A stretch of 64,000 nt of DNA from an uncultured Deferribacteres bacterium (GCA_913009825.1 CAJVYQ010000019.1:2980-66979); one strand, 5' to 3'; shown: positions 49,270 through 59,901, counted from the stretch's first letter. Notes: a model not told the origin generated them from the letters alone. Translations and numbers: made by a program.

Positions 49270-51177
49270 TCACCGCAAAAGCAGCATTCTAACCCCCGAT
49301 TTTTCGGCTTTTGTCCCGGCAATCAGAAAATAAACGCCGGAGGGCAGAACGTTCCCGTTGCTGTCTTTCCCGTCCCAGACAAAAGAATGATTGCCGGAAC
49401 TCAACTCACCCTGAAACAGAACGGCTACCTGTCTTCCCAGAAGATCGTAGACGGCAATGCTAAAAAACCCTGCCCGGGGATTTTGCAGCATAATTTGCGT
49501 CTCTTCATTGAACGGATTGGGATAATTGACCAGCGTATTTGTTTGTTCTCCTGTTTCCGGTAAATCTGTCACGGCAACGGAAACAGTGGATTGGAAAAAC
49601 TCCATTTTTTTTGTTCGACTTCTCTTACCGCCGGAAGAGGATTGGGCTACATTGTAAGTCCAGCCCAGATAATTTGAATCCCCGCCGTTTCTGGTTGTGG
49701 CAAAAACATCGCCGGAATAGCCGCCAAAATAGCGCGCCTGATCTGCAGGATTATCCCGGTCATCCCAGGTGCAATCTACCGGCGTCCAGCCGACCTGAGG
49801 AAAATAGATGTATGCCCAGCGATGAAAGACGGTATCTTCGTACGGCAATTGAGCGCGGATATGTCCCCCCGCTTCAGAACAAGCCGGGATACCGGCGGCG
49901 CGGCACATGGAGATAAATGTCATAGAATATTCGGAACAGGAACCGTGCCCCTGCGTTAACACCTGCGGTGCATCCGACCATACGTGATCATTAATATATT
50001 CGATATGGGAGATAATGTAATCATGGATGTTTCTCACCATCCAGTACAGCCCGGTTTCACCCTGAACCGCTTCCGTCAGCGCTGAAGTGATGACGGAATT
50101 GTGAATATCATATTTGCTGCCATCGACCGTGTACTTTGCTTTAATATCGGCAGGGATTTCCTGCAATTTCCCAACCCGCTCCGATAAATAGTAGAAACGG
50201 GCATTATACGTTTTCGCATCAACCTCCCAACGATAGAAAGTGCTGCTGCCCGGCAAAATGGATTGGGTATAATAAGCGACCGGTCGTTGGAAATTGTCCG
50301 TCAGGAAAGATGTGGGTGCGGGGTAATAGCGAATGTTGTTCAGCAATTCCTGAAACGGCGTGGCGGTTGGCACAGCAAAATAGGATTTCAGATTCATGGT
50401 TGTGGAACCGGTATTTTTTGTCTCCACCGTATATAGAATTCTGATCGTTCTGGGATTTGAGCGCACGAACAACTCATCTCCCCGAACCTGAATTTTATAA
50501 ATTTTGTTGGTTTCATAATCCGCATTCCATAAATAAGTTCCGTCCCAGGCTAAGCCGTAACTGTAGGTTCCCGGCGCGGGGATGATATCCACTACTTTTT
50601 TCCTGAGAGAATCCAGGCGGTAATATTCATTCTTAAATCGATCCGTGCTCCAAAAAGAGTTTCCGTCCCAGGTTAATCCTCTGCCGTATTCACCCGGCGC
50701 GGCGAATTGGGAAACAACTTCGCCGGTTACAGGGTTCAGTTGAAATATTTTTTCTGCCCTGCTATCCTGATAATAAACGGATCCATTTACAAAAGCTAAT
50801 CCCCGCGGCGCCGGCGTGGAGATGGCTATTGTTTGCAGAACCGAACCGTCTGCCGGGTTGATTTTGTAAATTTTGTCCAGATCGTTATCGCCGCACCATA
50901 AATTTTGTCCGTCCCAGGTGAGGCCGGTGGGAGCAGAACCAGGCGAAGGAAATGACAGGAACACGTTGCCCGTTGCGGGTTCTATTTTATAAATCCGCTC
51001 CGAAGTCAGATCACTTACCCAAAGATACTGTCCGTCGAAAGTTAAACCTGCCGGATGTTGGTGGGGCCCCGGAAATGTTTGCACCACCTGTCCGATTTGA
51101 GCAGAGGCATGCCGGTTTATTATGAATAAAAACAGGGCTGCCGTACTGATCCGAAGAAAGTCTCTTCTGTTCATCAT
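49270..51177 (-). CDS. Secreted multidomain protein: glutaminyl-cyclase-like beta-propeller repeats, transglutaminase-like Cys protease core, T9SS-type C-terminal sorting domain
   Basis: N-terminus MMNRRDFLRISTAALFLFI. Five W.GQ.LW..D....IYKI.P..G repeats are present, then the core GHGSCSEYSMTFISMCRAAGIPA with downstream H/D, then the C-terminal tail NYPNPFNEETQIMLQ...VYFLIAGT typical of Por/T9SS CTDs. Confidence 0.65.
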   Translation of the reverse strand: MMNRRDFLRISTAALFLFIINRHASAQIGQVVQTFPGPHQHPAGLTFDGQYLWVSDLTSERIYKIEPATGNVFLSFPSPGSAPTGLTWDGQNLWCGDNDLDKIYKINPADGSVLQTIAISTPAPRGLAFVNGSVYYQDSRAEKIFQLNPVTGEVVSQFAAPGEYGRGLTWDGNSFWSTDRFKNEYYRLDSLRKKVVDIIPAPGTYSYGLAWDGTYLWNADYETNKIYKIQVRGDELFVRSNPRTIRILYTVETKNTGSTTMNLKSYFAVPTATPFQELLNNIRYYPAPTSFLTDNFQRPVAYYTQSILPGSSTFYRWEVDAKTYNARFYYLSERVGKLQEIPADIKAKYTVDGSKYDIHNSVITSALTEAVQGETGLYWMVRNIHDYIISHIEYINDHVWSDAPQVLTQGHGSCSEYSMTFISMCRAAGIPACSEAGGHIRAQLPYEDTVFHRWAYIYFPQVGWTPVDCTWDDRDNPADQARYFGGYSGDVFATTRNGGDSNYLGWTYNVAQSSSGGKRSRTKKMEFFQSTVSVAVTDLPETGEQTNTLVNYPNPFNEETQIMLQNPRAGFFSIAVYDLLGRQVAVLFQGELSSGNHSFVWDGKDSNGNVLPSGVYFLIAGTKAEKSGVRMLLLR

Positions 51178-51183
51178 TTCCTC

Positions 51184-52770
51184 TCACTTATTTTGTCTTT
51201 TTATAAATTTGCCCGGTTTCTGCGTTATTGATTTCCCTTTTTCCAAAACCACCTTTCCGTTCACGAAAACATATTGAATTCCGTCTGAAACCTGCTTTGG
51301 TTTGCTCCAGGTTGCCCGGTCTTTGATTGTTTGTGCGTTAAAAATAACGATGTCCGCCCATTTTCCTTTTGCGATAATACCGCGGCCGGACAGGTTCAAT
51401 CTGTCTGCAACGGCCCCGGTCATTTTATGCACCGCCTGCGCCAAAGTCAGTAGATGCAGTTCCCGCACATAATGACCCAGCACCCGGGGAAAGGTGCCGT
51501 AATTTCTGGGATGCGGCAGCGCTTCATCCGGTGAAACGGTGTGGCTGTCAGAAGCGACCAAACCGACCGGATGTTCCATGATACGCTGTACATCCTCTTC
51601 GCTCAAACTATGGTAGATACAGGAATGGCGGCCGGCAAGCATCAAACGGATGGCTGTTTCCGCTGCATTCTCAATGGTCGTTTCAGGGAAAAACCGGGAA
51701 GTGATCTGCGCCAGATTCATCCCGCTCAATGACGGATCGTAACTGCTGGAAATAACCACTACATTGGCCGGATTGCCGCCGCCGCGGTCATATTTTAAAT
51801 TGTACACAACGCCGGCTTTCACTTTCCGGTGTATCTCCGGTTTTTGCCATTCCTTTGCATAGACGCTTCGCCCGCCGGCCAGTGACCAGGCCGGAAACAG
51901 CGCACCAAGACCGGTGCCGGTTGCTGTATAGGGATACTGATCGAAGGTGATGTCCAATCCGGCGGCGCGGGCGCTGTCGATCATGGCCAACACTTTTTCT
52001 GAACTTCCCCACATACTCTTGCCCATGGCTTTGAGATGGGAAATTTCCACCGGAATGTTGGCCTGATCTCCGATAATTAGCGCTTCCTGCACCGCGCCAA
52101 TCAAACCCAGACCTTCATCCCGTATATGAGTGGCGTAAATACCGCCGCTTTCCGCAACCACCTGCGCCAGCGCCACTACTTCTTCCGTTGCAGCATAAGC
52201 ACCGGGAATATACTTCAATCCGGTGGACAAACCGAAGGCGCCGTCCGCCATAGCCTGTTTGACCAGCTTTTTCATTTGTACCAATTCTTCGGCAGTGGGC
52301 TTTCTGTTTTCACTGCCCATCACCTTCCGGCGTATGGTATTGTGCCCGGCCAGCAGAGCCAGATTGATAGCGATCCCGGTGGAATCCACCTTGCGTATAT
52401 ATTTTCTCAAAGATAACGGCGAACCGCCGCAATTGCCACCAACAACTGTTGTTACACCTTGTGTGAGGTAATTTTCCGCAGCTGGGTACCGAAGTAATTT
52501 TCGCTCCGCGTGTGTGTGAATATCGATGAATCCCGGCGCAACAATCAAACCTTCCGCATCGATTGTCCGGCGCGTCTTTTGATCGGCGTCAAAGGATCCG
52601 ATGTCGATAATCTTTCCGTCCCGGATAGCCAGGTCTGTACGGACAGCATCGCTGCCGGTTCCATCAATGATCCGGCCATTTACAATGAGCACATCATAGG
52701 ATTTTCCGCAACCAATTCCGATGAGAAAACCCAATAAAATCAGCCATTTTACTCTCATTTGCGGCCTCAT
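51184..52770 (-). CDS. D-aminoacylase (N-acyl-D-amino-acid deacylase) family amidohydrolase, secreted/lipoprotein
   Basis: GFIDIHTHAE metal-binding start, a beta-sandwich N/C arrangement (DVLIVNGRIIDGTG... and ...GKWADIVIFN), and the lipobox-like LIGIGCG. It overlaps the upstream gene by 4 nt. Confidence 0.75.
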   Translation of the reverse strand: MRPQMRVKWLILLGFLIGIGCGKSYDVLIVNGRIIDGTGSDAVRTDLAIRDGKIIDIGSFDADQKTRRTIDAEGLIVAPGFIDIHTHAERKLLRYPAAENYLTQGVTTVVGGNCGGSPLSLRKYIRKVDSTGIAINLALLAGHNTIRRKVMGSENRKPTAEELVQMKKLVKQAMADGAFGLSTGLKYIPGAYAATEEVVALAQVVAESGGIYATHIRDEGLGLIGAVQEALIIGDQANIPVEISHLKAMGKSMWGSSEKVLAMIDSARAAGLDITFDQYPYTATGTGLGALFPAWSLAGGRSVYAKEWQKPEIHRKVKAGVVYNLKYDRGGGNPANVVVISSSYDPSLSGMNLAQITSRFFPETTIENAAETAIRLMLAGRHSCIYHSLSEEDVQRIMEHPVGLVASDSHTVSPDEALPHPRNYGTFPRVLGHYVRELHLLTLAQAVHKMTGAVADRLNLSGRGIIAKGKWADIVIFNAQTIKDRATWSKPKQVSDGIQYVFVNGKVVLEKGKSITQKPGKFIKRQNK

Positions 52771-54746
52771 TTTTTCACTATTTTGAACGGGATCGTGCGG
52801 AATACTCGCTTCTTGGAGAGCAAATCCCGCACCTGAATTGTTAATTTAACTGTTCCGGCCGGAAAATCCTGCCGGGGAAATTTGGCATATTCAATGGCCA
52901 TTGTATGTTCGCCCGGGCGGTTTATGGTTTTCAAAATTTTCTTTTGCACTTTCTTCTTCCGCCGCCAAAATGTAATCGATTTAAAAAACCCTTTCTTTTC
53001 CTCCGACGGATTGAAACTGTATTCTACTTGATACCGGCTTTTCCCTTGTTGATTCAAAGTAAGATGATAAATTTCAAAATAGATAAAAAGATACTTTTCA
53101 TCCACAAAAATTTTGGCTGGTGCGGGAAGTATGAACAGGCCGTTGGTAACAAAATCCCCCTTTTTATCGGTTGGATAAATATCTTTTGCCAACCGGATAT
53201 CGCTCAGTTGTAATGAATCTCCGCTGAAATCCGGGACATTCACCGTATCCCGAAAAACCACAATTCTGTTGCCTTTCGGATTCTCCATTCTGAAATAAAG
53301 ATAATACTTTGCCGGTGTCAGCTCCGTTTGCCACTTACCCCAAAATCCACCCCGGTTTACAGATTCACCGGCGGGAAGCCGGTATAAATATTTAAGTGAG
53401 TCTTTGTGCAGCAGGACATAGTTTTCATCCAAAATGCCCAGATCTCCCAAAAGCTGCGTATAATCGCCGCTCTCATCGCTGGAAAAAAGAAGCGCCTGAT
53501 TGGGAATGCCAAAACAGATGTCCAACCGGCTTTTCTTATCTTTGCCCATGTAGTTTGCCAGGCTCAGCTCCAGCGGCAGAGATTCCCGGCGACTATCCGT
53601 AATAAAAGAGACTTTTCGCAGCAGCCCGGCCACAAATGCAGCATGTTCCTGATCCTCTTCCGGAAAATGAATCCGGGCATAATTCAACGCCTGCAGAGGT
53701 GAAATCTGATCCTGTAACTGATAGAGTCGTGAACGAAAAGTTTTATGGATGGGAGCAATATTTTCGTAGAGATAAATGCGTAAATTATTGGCGGTACGGC
53801 CGGCATCGTTGCGGTTCAAAATGGAATTTCTGCGTTGGTAAAACGGACTGAACAGGGACTCCGGGCCGTCCACCAATTTATAATCACCATGCCCGCGTTC
53901 ACGCATGAAAGTGAAATACAGATCCGGATGAATCAGACTGTAGAACCACATTTCGTAAGGTTGAATGGCGTATCCGTACTCCCCGGGTACTCCACTGTGT
54001 TCAGAAAATATTTTCCACGGTTTACCGAGCCGGACATAAATCTCGCCGCGGGCGTCGTATCCGCACCGGGAAATCCGGCTTGAATATTTTGATTTGGCCG
54101 TTGCCGTTCGTCGAAACAGAACCGGCAGCCATTCATTTTGTTGTGTGAGCGGATTTGGATCTTCCCGGCGAAAAACAGTCTGCAATAATTGTCCGGCCCG
54201 GCCGGTATTTTCTTTTTCTTCTTGCTGCAGATTCTGCAACTCTGTCGGACTCAGAAACCGGTGAATCAGGCCGGTGATTTCCAGCCATAAATTTATCTGC
54301 TTTTGTGGATTTATTTTTGTTAAGACTTCATTAATCAGACCGGTAATTTCCGGATTCTTTTCATCAACATGATTCTCCGCATAAAGTCTGGCCAGATGAT
54401 AACCAAGATAACAATCAAACATGCCGGCTGCACGGAGAGTGTCGAGCCCCCGGGAAAGAATATCCATGGCATCGAATTTTTCACCGGAGTTTTCTAAAGC
54501 CGAAGCCAACAAATACCAGGCGGATCTGCCGGAAGTTTCCCGGAACAGGTTGTTCCGCCGCAAAAGCCGGCGCAGATATGCTTCCGCGCGATCATATTCT
54601 TTCTGTTCCATAGCGGCCAAAGCTGATTTGTGAAGACTTTCGGAAGAATCCTCCTGAACCCATATTGAGGATTCAGCCGGCAGCGTGGCAAAACAGATTT
54701 GGAGAAAAGCGATGAGCAGAGATATTTTGTTGATGTGGAAAATCAT
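52767..54746 (-). CDS. GWxTD-domain protein with N-terminal TPR-like region
   Basis: CGYDARGEIYVRLGKPWKIF...QPYEMWFY resembles the GW.TDRG..Y...G.PD....YE.W.Y signature. The start is placed at Met54746 (signal-like MIFHINKISLLIAFLQICFA) because a terminator for the upstream gene lies at 54791-54822. Confidence 0.5.
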   Translation of the reverse strand: MIFHINKISLLIAFLQICFATLPAESSIWVQEDSSESLHKSALAAMEQKEYDRAEAYLRRLLRRNNLFRETSGRSAWYLLASALENSGEKFDAMDILSRGLDTLRAAGMFDCYLGYHLARLYAENHVDEKNPEITGLINEVLTKINPQKQINLWLEITGLIHRFLSPTELQNLQQEEKENTGRAGQLLQTVFRREDPNPLTQQNEWLPVLFRRTATAKSKYSSRISRCGYDARGEIYVRLGKPWKIFSEHSGVPGEYGYAIQPYEMWFYSLIHPDLYFTFMRERGHGDYKLVDGPESLFSPFYQRRNSILNRNDAGRTANNLRIYLYENIAPIHKTFRSRLYQLQDQISPLQALNYARIHFPEEDQEHAAFVAGLLRKVSFITDSRRESLPLELSLANYMGKDKKSRLDICFGIPNQALLFSSDESGDYTQLLGDLGILDENYVLLHKDSLKYLYRLPAGESVNRGGFWGKWQTELTPAKYYLYFRMENPKGNRIVVFRDTVNVPDFSGDSLQLSDIRLAKDIYPTDKKGDFVTNGLFILPAPAKIFVDEKYLFIYFEIYHLTLNQQGKSRYQVEYSFNPSEEKKGFFKSITFWRRKKKVQKKILKTINRPGEHTMAIEYAKFPRQDFPAGTVKLTIQVRDLLSKKRVFRTIPFKIVKK

Positions 54747-54790
54747 ATCAGGAAAAATCCTGTGTTTTTTTGGGGGCGGATGAAACCGAA

Positions 54791-54822
54791 TATAAAAACC
54801 CCACCGGTGACCCGGTGGGGTT
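54791..54822 (-). terminator. Rho-independent terminator after the SusD-like gene
   Basis: On the minus strand: AACCCCACCGG-GTCA-CCGGTGGGGTT followed by TTTTT. Confidence 0.75.
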
Positions 54823-54896
54823 GCGAAGGTATTCACGCAGCAGACATCAAACACCTTTCCATTCAGATTTACATGAAACCGGATGCACATCCCACG

Positions 54897-56300
54897 TTAT
54901 GGATTCACTGTTCTGCCCGGATAAGTGGGATTACCGGGATCGTTTTCGACCCGGGTATACCAACCCAAATTGGTCACATTGCCGGAATTGGTGTTCAATT
55001 CATCATCAGAGTAAAGCATGCGGCGCGGGATTCTCTTTCCCAATGCCGTGATCGGGAAAATGGGAAAAGCGGTTCTGCGCCAATCGCTGAATATTTGGAT
55101 ATTCAAAAACATCGCTTTGTATTTTTCCAGCATGATGGCTGCCAACAGATCCACGCCGGTTGCCGCATCGGGAATTCTGGGCAGCGAGTTTGCCGCCAGA
55201 CCCCATTTGGCTTCCAGACCCGGTTGAATGACATCGTTCACCGTATTCCTGGCGCCGTTTTCATCACCGGTGGCATATTGACATTCTGCAATGATAAATT
55301 GGTTTTCATACCAGGAGACAAATTCTAAACCGTAACTCTTGGCGCCAAACGTATTTTCATTCAGAAAACTGACACTTCCGTTCAACTCTCCCGGTTTTGA
55401 ACCGGAATAATTTCCGTCCGGGTCGGTGCCAAAATAGACTTGCAAACGGGGATCATTCTGTGTTTTGAGCAGTTCGACAAGATAATTGCCTGCTTTTACA
55501 TAACCGAAGCGCACTGAATTGAACTGCCACCAGACACTCTCCTCGCCGTTAATATCGGAATGAAGCGCTTTCCAGTTATCGGCGTCGGAAGCGATGCCTT
55601 GCTGGGCTTCCGCCATGGCCAGCGCATAATTGCCCTGTTTCACTTCCGCCCAGTTTAGCAAAATACGGGCTTTTAATGTATGAGCGGCCGCAATCCATTT
55701 GGTCACATCGCCGTGGAATGTGAAGTCATATTTGTTGATATCTTTGGTTTGTCCCGCCTGCAGGTCTGCAATTGCGCCGTCGATCAGGTTCAGGATGGCA
55801 TCATGAACATCCGATTGTTTATCATATTTGGGTTTGGGGTAGTCGGAATTAATCGCCTGAGAATAGGGGATATCGCCCCACAAATCCGCGGCGGTGCTCA
55901 TAATCAGAGCTTCCCACATTTTTGTGATCCCTAATAAAACACGCTGACCGCCGTCAGAGGCGTTTTTCTCTACTTTTCTCATATCAACCAAACCGCCGCC
56001 GCCGTAAACATCCAGCCAGGCACCACCGAATTGAGTTGGCAATTGATTATATACATCATACCCTTCATAGTGTTGGGCAACGCCGGCCATCTGCTGCATA
56101 TACATGGTAACGGTGCGATTGAGATGCCCTTCCAATACCGTATAGGCGGAAACCTGCATACCCACAAACAGATTATCGGTAGGTACTTCTGTTGCTCTGT
56201 TGGGGTCATTATCCAAATTAGGGCCGGTGAGAAAATTACCGCAGCTCATGAAACCAGCAAGGGAAAAGATGACTGTCAACATAAAGATTTTCTTAAACAT
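54897..56300 (-). CDS. SusD/RagB family nutrient-binding outer-membrane lipoprotein
   Basis: Lipoprotein signal (LAGFMSCGN), 467 aa, located 17 nt downstream of a SusC-like gene, with the N-terminal block LDNDPNRATEVPTDNLF typical of the SusD-like_2 type. Confidence 0.8.
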   Translation of the reverse strand: MFKKIFMLTVIFSLAGFMSCGNFLTGPNLDNDPNRATEVPTDNLFVGMQVSAYTVLEGHLNRTVTMYMQQMAGVAQHYEGYDVYNQLPTQFGGAWLDVYGGGGLVDMRKVEKNASDGGQRVLLGITKMWEALIMSTAADLWGDIPYSQAINSDYPKPKYDKQSDVHDAILNLIDGAIADLQAGQTKDINKYDFTFHGDVTKWIAAAHTLKARILLNWAEVKQGNYALAMAEAQQGIASDADNWKALHSDINGEESVWWQFNSVRFGYVKAGNYLVELLKTQNDPRLQVYFGTDPDGNYSGSKPGELNGSVSFLNENTFGAKSYGLEFVSWYENQFIIAECQYATGDENGARNTVNDVIQPGLEAKWGLAANSLPRIPDAATGVDLLAAIMLEKYKAMFLNIQIFSDWRRTAFPIFPITALGKRIPRRMLYSDDELNTNSGNVTNLGWYTRVENDPGNPTYPGRTVNP

Positions 56301-56317
56301 TTTTCACCTCCTGATTA

Positions 56318-59300
56318 TTAGTAATTCACACGAAAAGTTAACAGAAATGATCTGATCTGCGGTTGATTAAAATAATCGCTGTCACGCTCATCAGACGCCT
56401 GACGGCGGTTGGTTTCAGGATCCAGACCGGTGTAATCTGTCCATGTATAAATATTATTAGCACTCAACCGCACACTGGCGCCGCTTAAACCGAATCGTCT
56501 CATGTATTTCGCCGGTATTTTATATGCGACGGAAATTTCCCGCAGTTTGATGTAACTGGCGTCTTCCGTGAATAAAAAACCGTCGCCGGAAAATCCCAAT
56601 GGACCGCGGTACCAGCTTTCCGTCCATTCCACCGCCTTACCGGCGCCGGGGCCAATGGCTTTCTCTCCATGCTTCAGGAAACTGTAATTTTCTCCGGTTG
56701 TAGTTGTGCCGCCGGAGATGGGGGCAACGGTACCGCGATATCTTGTATCTGCATGGGTGCCGTAGCTAAAAAGCGCCATCTTCGTATGATTCATGATTTC
56801 AAAACCCTGTTTAAAATCCAGAAGGCCTGCAATAGAGATGTTTTTGAATAATTTAAATTCGGTGCGAATACTTCCGGTCCAATCCGGATTCGGACTGAAG
56901 TCGGACCAGATTCTGTCCTCATTCATCACCGGGTAGCCATCTTCAGCAATATAGACATCGTACTTTTTCCACTGACCGGCGTATTTTTTATCGATATTCA
57001 CCATCTGGCCATTCTCTTCCGTTGTCATCCCAAAACCAAACCGTTTCCAGGTGGCCAGCCTCAACTCGCCAAGCTCATGTCCCGGCGCAGCATACGCCCA
57101 ACGGCCAACCTGTTCCCAATTGGCGCCGGACATATCCAGAACTTTGTTTTTGTTTCTTGCATAGATAAACGTAAGGTTCCAGGTGAAATCCCTGAGTTTC
57201 ACCGGCACCAGGTCCAAATTCAATTCAAAACCATGATTTTCGATGGATGCAGCATTAGCGGTCTGGTCGAAAGAACCGGTAGAGGGAGCCACATTAATAT
57301 CGAACAAAACATCGGTGGATTTGGCTTTGTAATAGGTAAGTTCCAAACCGATGCGGGAGTTCCAGAAAGACAGATCGGAACCGATTTCTATTTCCTTGGT
57401 TCTTTCCGGTTTCACATTATCATTGCCTAATCTGGTACTTGCCCGGTAACCATTGATGCCGTTATACGTCAAATTCAGGTTTGCGCCCCAACCGTCGCCG
57501 GACGTTCCGGCATTATAACCGGTTACCGTGTTATAAACGCCGGGTTGGACGCCCGCTTCGCCATAGGCAAAACGGAGTTTACCAAAACTAACGTAAGGAA
57601 TTTTCTTGAACTTGGTAAATTCCCAGGCCGCGCTGGCTTTGGGATACCAATGTTGTTTTTGACTTTTGCCAAATGTGGAAGAACCTTCGTTCCGCAACGC
57701 GCCGGTAAAATACAATTGATCGAACAGGTCGAGTGTCGCCTGGGCAAAAATGGCATTGGTATGAATGAGATAGCGATATTCATTGGTTGTTAAGTTGGTC
57801 GATACGGTATTATCCAACTGATTCCAGCCGGGGATACCCATGTCGACTCCTGTAGCTTGTAATCGGCGATAGTCCCGGCTATTCAAATTGTGCCCCAGCA
57901 TTAAGGTGGCATCGATGTTTTTATATTTGCCGAGAAATTTTCGCCCTTCCAATGACAGAATCAAATTGCTGTCCCATTCCAGAAAACCGAAGTTTGCCCG
58001 GCGAATCCGGCCGACACCATTTTCCCTGGAATCACCGATAGGATCAACATTCAAACGATCATCCAGTGAGTAATCCGTGCCGAAAGTGTAGGAGAGATTG
58101 ATCCAATCCTGCACATCATAATCCAGTTTCATATTCCCATACACCCGGTTCATATCCGCCGGATTAACATGTTCATGCATGATGAAAAACGGATTATCAA
58201 ATTTTCGGGACTTGCGCAATTCCTTGGCCTCGGAATAACGGTAAGAACGATGAAACCCGGTTACCGGATCGATGTAAGGCAGGTTGTTAAATTCCGGCGG
58301 GGTTCTGGTTGTAGCCAGCATAATTCCTACCGCGTTATCGCCGCGCTCCAGATAATGTGCGTTCGTATTGGCGTAAGCGATATTTCCGGTAATTTTCAGC
58401 TTATCGGTAACGGCCTGCGAAGCTTTTACCCGGGCCGTATAACGGGTATAATCGGAACCGGCGACCCAGTGTCCTTGTTCGAAATAACGGCCAAACGAAG
58501 CAAAAAAAGTAGTTTTGTCGTTGCCGCCGGAGATGGTAACATTGTTCTCATTACTGTAGCCGCCATTGGTCACTTCTCTGGGATGATCATAAATGGTATC
58601 TCCCGGTTTGCCGGCATCATAAAACGGAGAGCCCGGCACATTTAAAGGCCGTCCCCAACTCCTGGAGTAATCTTTCTTGAAGGCTCCTTTTGTTCCCTGG
58701 CCAAACCAGGTTTGCACCGGGTAAAATTTTGTCATTTCCGTACTGCCGATAGAAGATTTAAAATTGATCTTCACTCTGCCTGCTTTACCGCTTTTGGTGG
58801 TAATCATAATCACGCCATTGGACGCCCGTGATCCGTAAATCGCAGCGGCAGAAGCGCCTTTCAGAATTTCGATGGACGCGATATCTTCCACATTCAGATC
58901 CGAAGCCCGGTTCTGCGCCTCCATACCGCCATTGTAGCCCCGGATATAGTTGGTCTGATTATTGATCGGCACACCATCCACAACGAACAGCGGTTGATTG
59001 CCGCGATCGATACTTGCCGGCCCGCGGATACGGATATAGGTGTTCGTGCCGGCATCGCCGCTGGTTTTAGTGATTTCCACATTGGCCACTTTGCCCGACA
59101 GAGCAGAAACAATGTTCGGCTGATCGGCATTCTCGACCAATTCCGGTGCCACTTTGGCGATGGCAACACCCAATTTTTCCTTCATCTGTGTTGCACCCAC
59201 ACCTGTAACCACAACCGATTCCAGTTTAAGCACATCCACTTCCAATTTAAAATTGTGGGTAATGGTGCCGGGACTGAGCGTTATGGCAGCTTTCTGCGAC

Positions 59301-59572
59301 CGGTAACCGATGAATCGCGCCACCAAATTCACCTGCTGATTTTTTACCACACCGGAGGGTACCACAAAGCTGTATTCACCCTCTGTATTTGAAGCGGCGC
59401 CGTACTTCATCCCCTCGATGATCACATTTGCGCCGGGTAACGGATTGCCTACATCGTCCGTAACGACACCGACAATATTTGCGCCCCCTTGCCCAAAAAC
59501 ACTCTGGCTGAATACAAACGCAGGTGTTAATATCGATGCGCAAATAAGAAATGTGGAAAGTAGTTTTTTCAT
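56318..59572 (-). CDS. SusC/RagA family TonB-dependent outer-membrane transporter
   Basis: 1084 aa with a CarboxypepD_reg-like N-domain (VVTDDVGNPLPGANVII), a plug (IEILKGASAAAIYGSRASNGVIMITTK) and a C-terminal LLTFRVNY barrel end. GGAAGGAG is the RBS. Confidence 0.9.
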   Translation of the reverse strand: MKKLLSTFLICASILTPAFVFSQSVFGQGGANIVGVVTDDVGNPLPGANVIIEGMKYGAASNTEGEYSFVVPSGVVKNQQVNLVARFIGYRSQKAAITLSPGTITHNFKLEVDVLKLESVVVTGVGATQMKEKLGVAIAKVAPELVENADQPNIVSALSGKVANVEITKTSGDAGTNTYIRIRGPASIDRGNQPLFVVDGVPINNQTNYIRGYNGGMEAQNRASDLNVEDIASIEILKGASAAAIYGSRASNGVIMITTKSGKAGRVKINFKSSIGSTEMTKFYPVQTWFGQGTKGAFKKDYSRSWGRPLNVPGSPFYDAGKPGDTIYDHPREVTNGGYSNENNVTISGGNDKTTFFASFGRYFEQGHWVAGSDYTRYTARVKASQAVTDKLKITGNIAYANTNAHYLERGDNAVGIMLATTRTPPEFNNLPYIDPVTGFHRSYRYSEAKELRKSRKFDNPFFIMHEHVNPADMNRVYGNMKLDYDVQDWINLSYTFGTDYSLDDRLNVDPIGDSRENGVGRIRRANFGFLEWDSNLILSLEGRKFLGKYKNIDATLMLGHNLNSRDYRRLQATGVDMGIPGWNQLDNTVSTNLTTNEYRYLIHTNAIFAQATLDLFDQLYFTGALRNEGSSTFGKSQKQHWYPKASAAWEFTKFKKIPYVSFGKLRFAYGEAGVQPGVYNTVTGYNAGTSGDGWGANLNLTYNGINGYRASTRLGNDNVKPERTKEIEIGSDLSFWNSRIGLELTYYKAKSTDVLFDINVAPSTGSFDQTANAASIENHGFELNLDLVPVKLRDFTWNLTFIYARNKNKVLDMSGANWEQVGRWAYAAPGHELGELRLATWKRFGFGMTTEENGQMVNIDKKYAGQWKKYDVYIAEDGYPVMNEDRIWSDFSPNPDWTGSIRTEFKLFKNISIAGLLDFKQGFEIMNHTKMALFSYGTHADTRYRGTVAPISGGTTTTGENYSFLKHGEKAIGPGAGKAVEWTESWYRGPLGFSGDGFLFTEDASYIKLREISVAYKIPAKYMRRFGLSGASVRLSANNIYTWTDYTGLDPETNRRQASDERDSDYFNQPQIRSFLLTFRVNY

Positions 59573-59621
59573 CTCATTCTCCTTCCTGTTACTTTCAATT
59601 TCCGGTTAAAATGAAATTAGC

Positions 59622-59719
59622 GTAACTATCCAGTCCACGAAATACCGGCGACAGGTATGAAATAATCAAAAGATTTTAATTATTTTTTTCGTGTCTTTCG
59701 TGGCTTCCCAAGTAGCTAC
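59622..59719. repeat. Short palindromic element with GTAACTATCCAG / CCCAAGTAGCTAC termini
   Basis: Degenerate shared termini plus the internal CCACGAAA...TTTCGTGG inverted repeat. Confidence 0.45.
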
Positions 59720-59901
59720 AAATGAATAAAAAAGTGGCTCTTTCCCTCACCTCCTTTCATTTTTTTGGCTAACACGGAATAAGCTGAAACATTTTTCCTC
59801 TACTACCTCCTTTCGGACAGATTTTCCCGGTTCAACAATAATTATAATTTTGAAATGGATATTCTTGCATCTGTTTGTTTTCAAAACCCATCTTTTACAT
59901 A

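Noticed and set aside
54747-54890. A 48-codon N-terminal extension of the GWxTD ORF.
   Set aside because: It would span the susD terminator hairpin (54791-54822) and has no signal peptide. The internal Met at 54746 gives a signal-like N-terminus.
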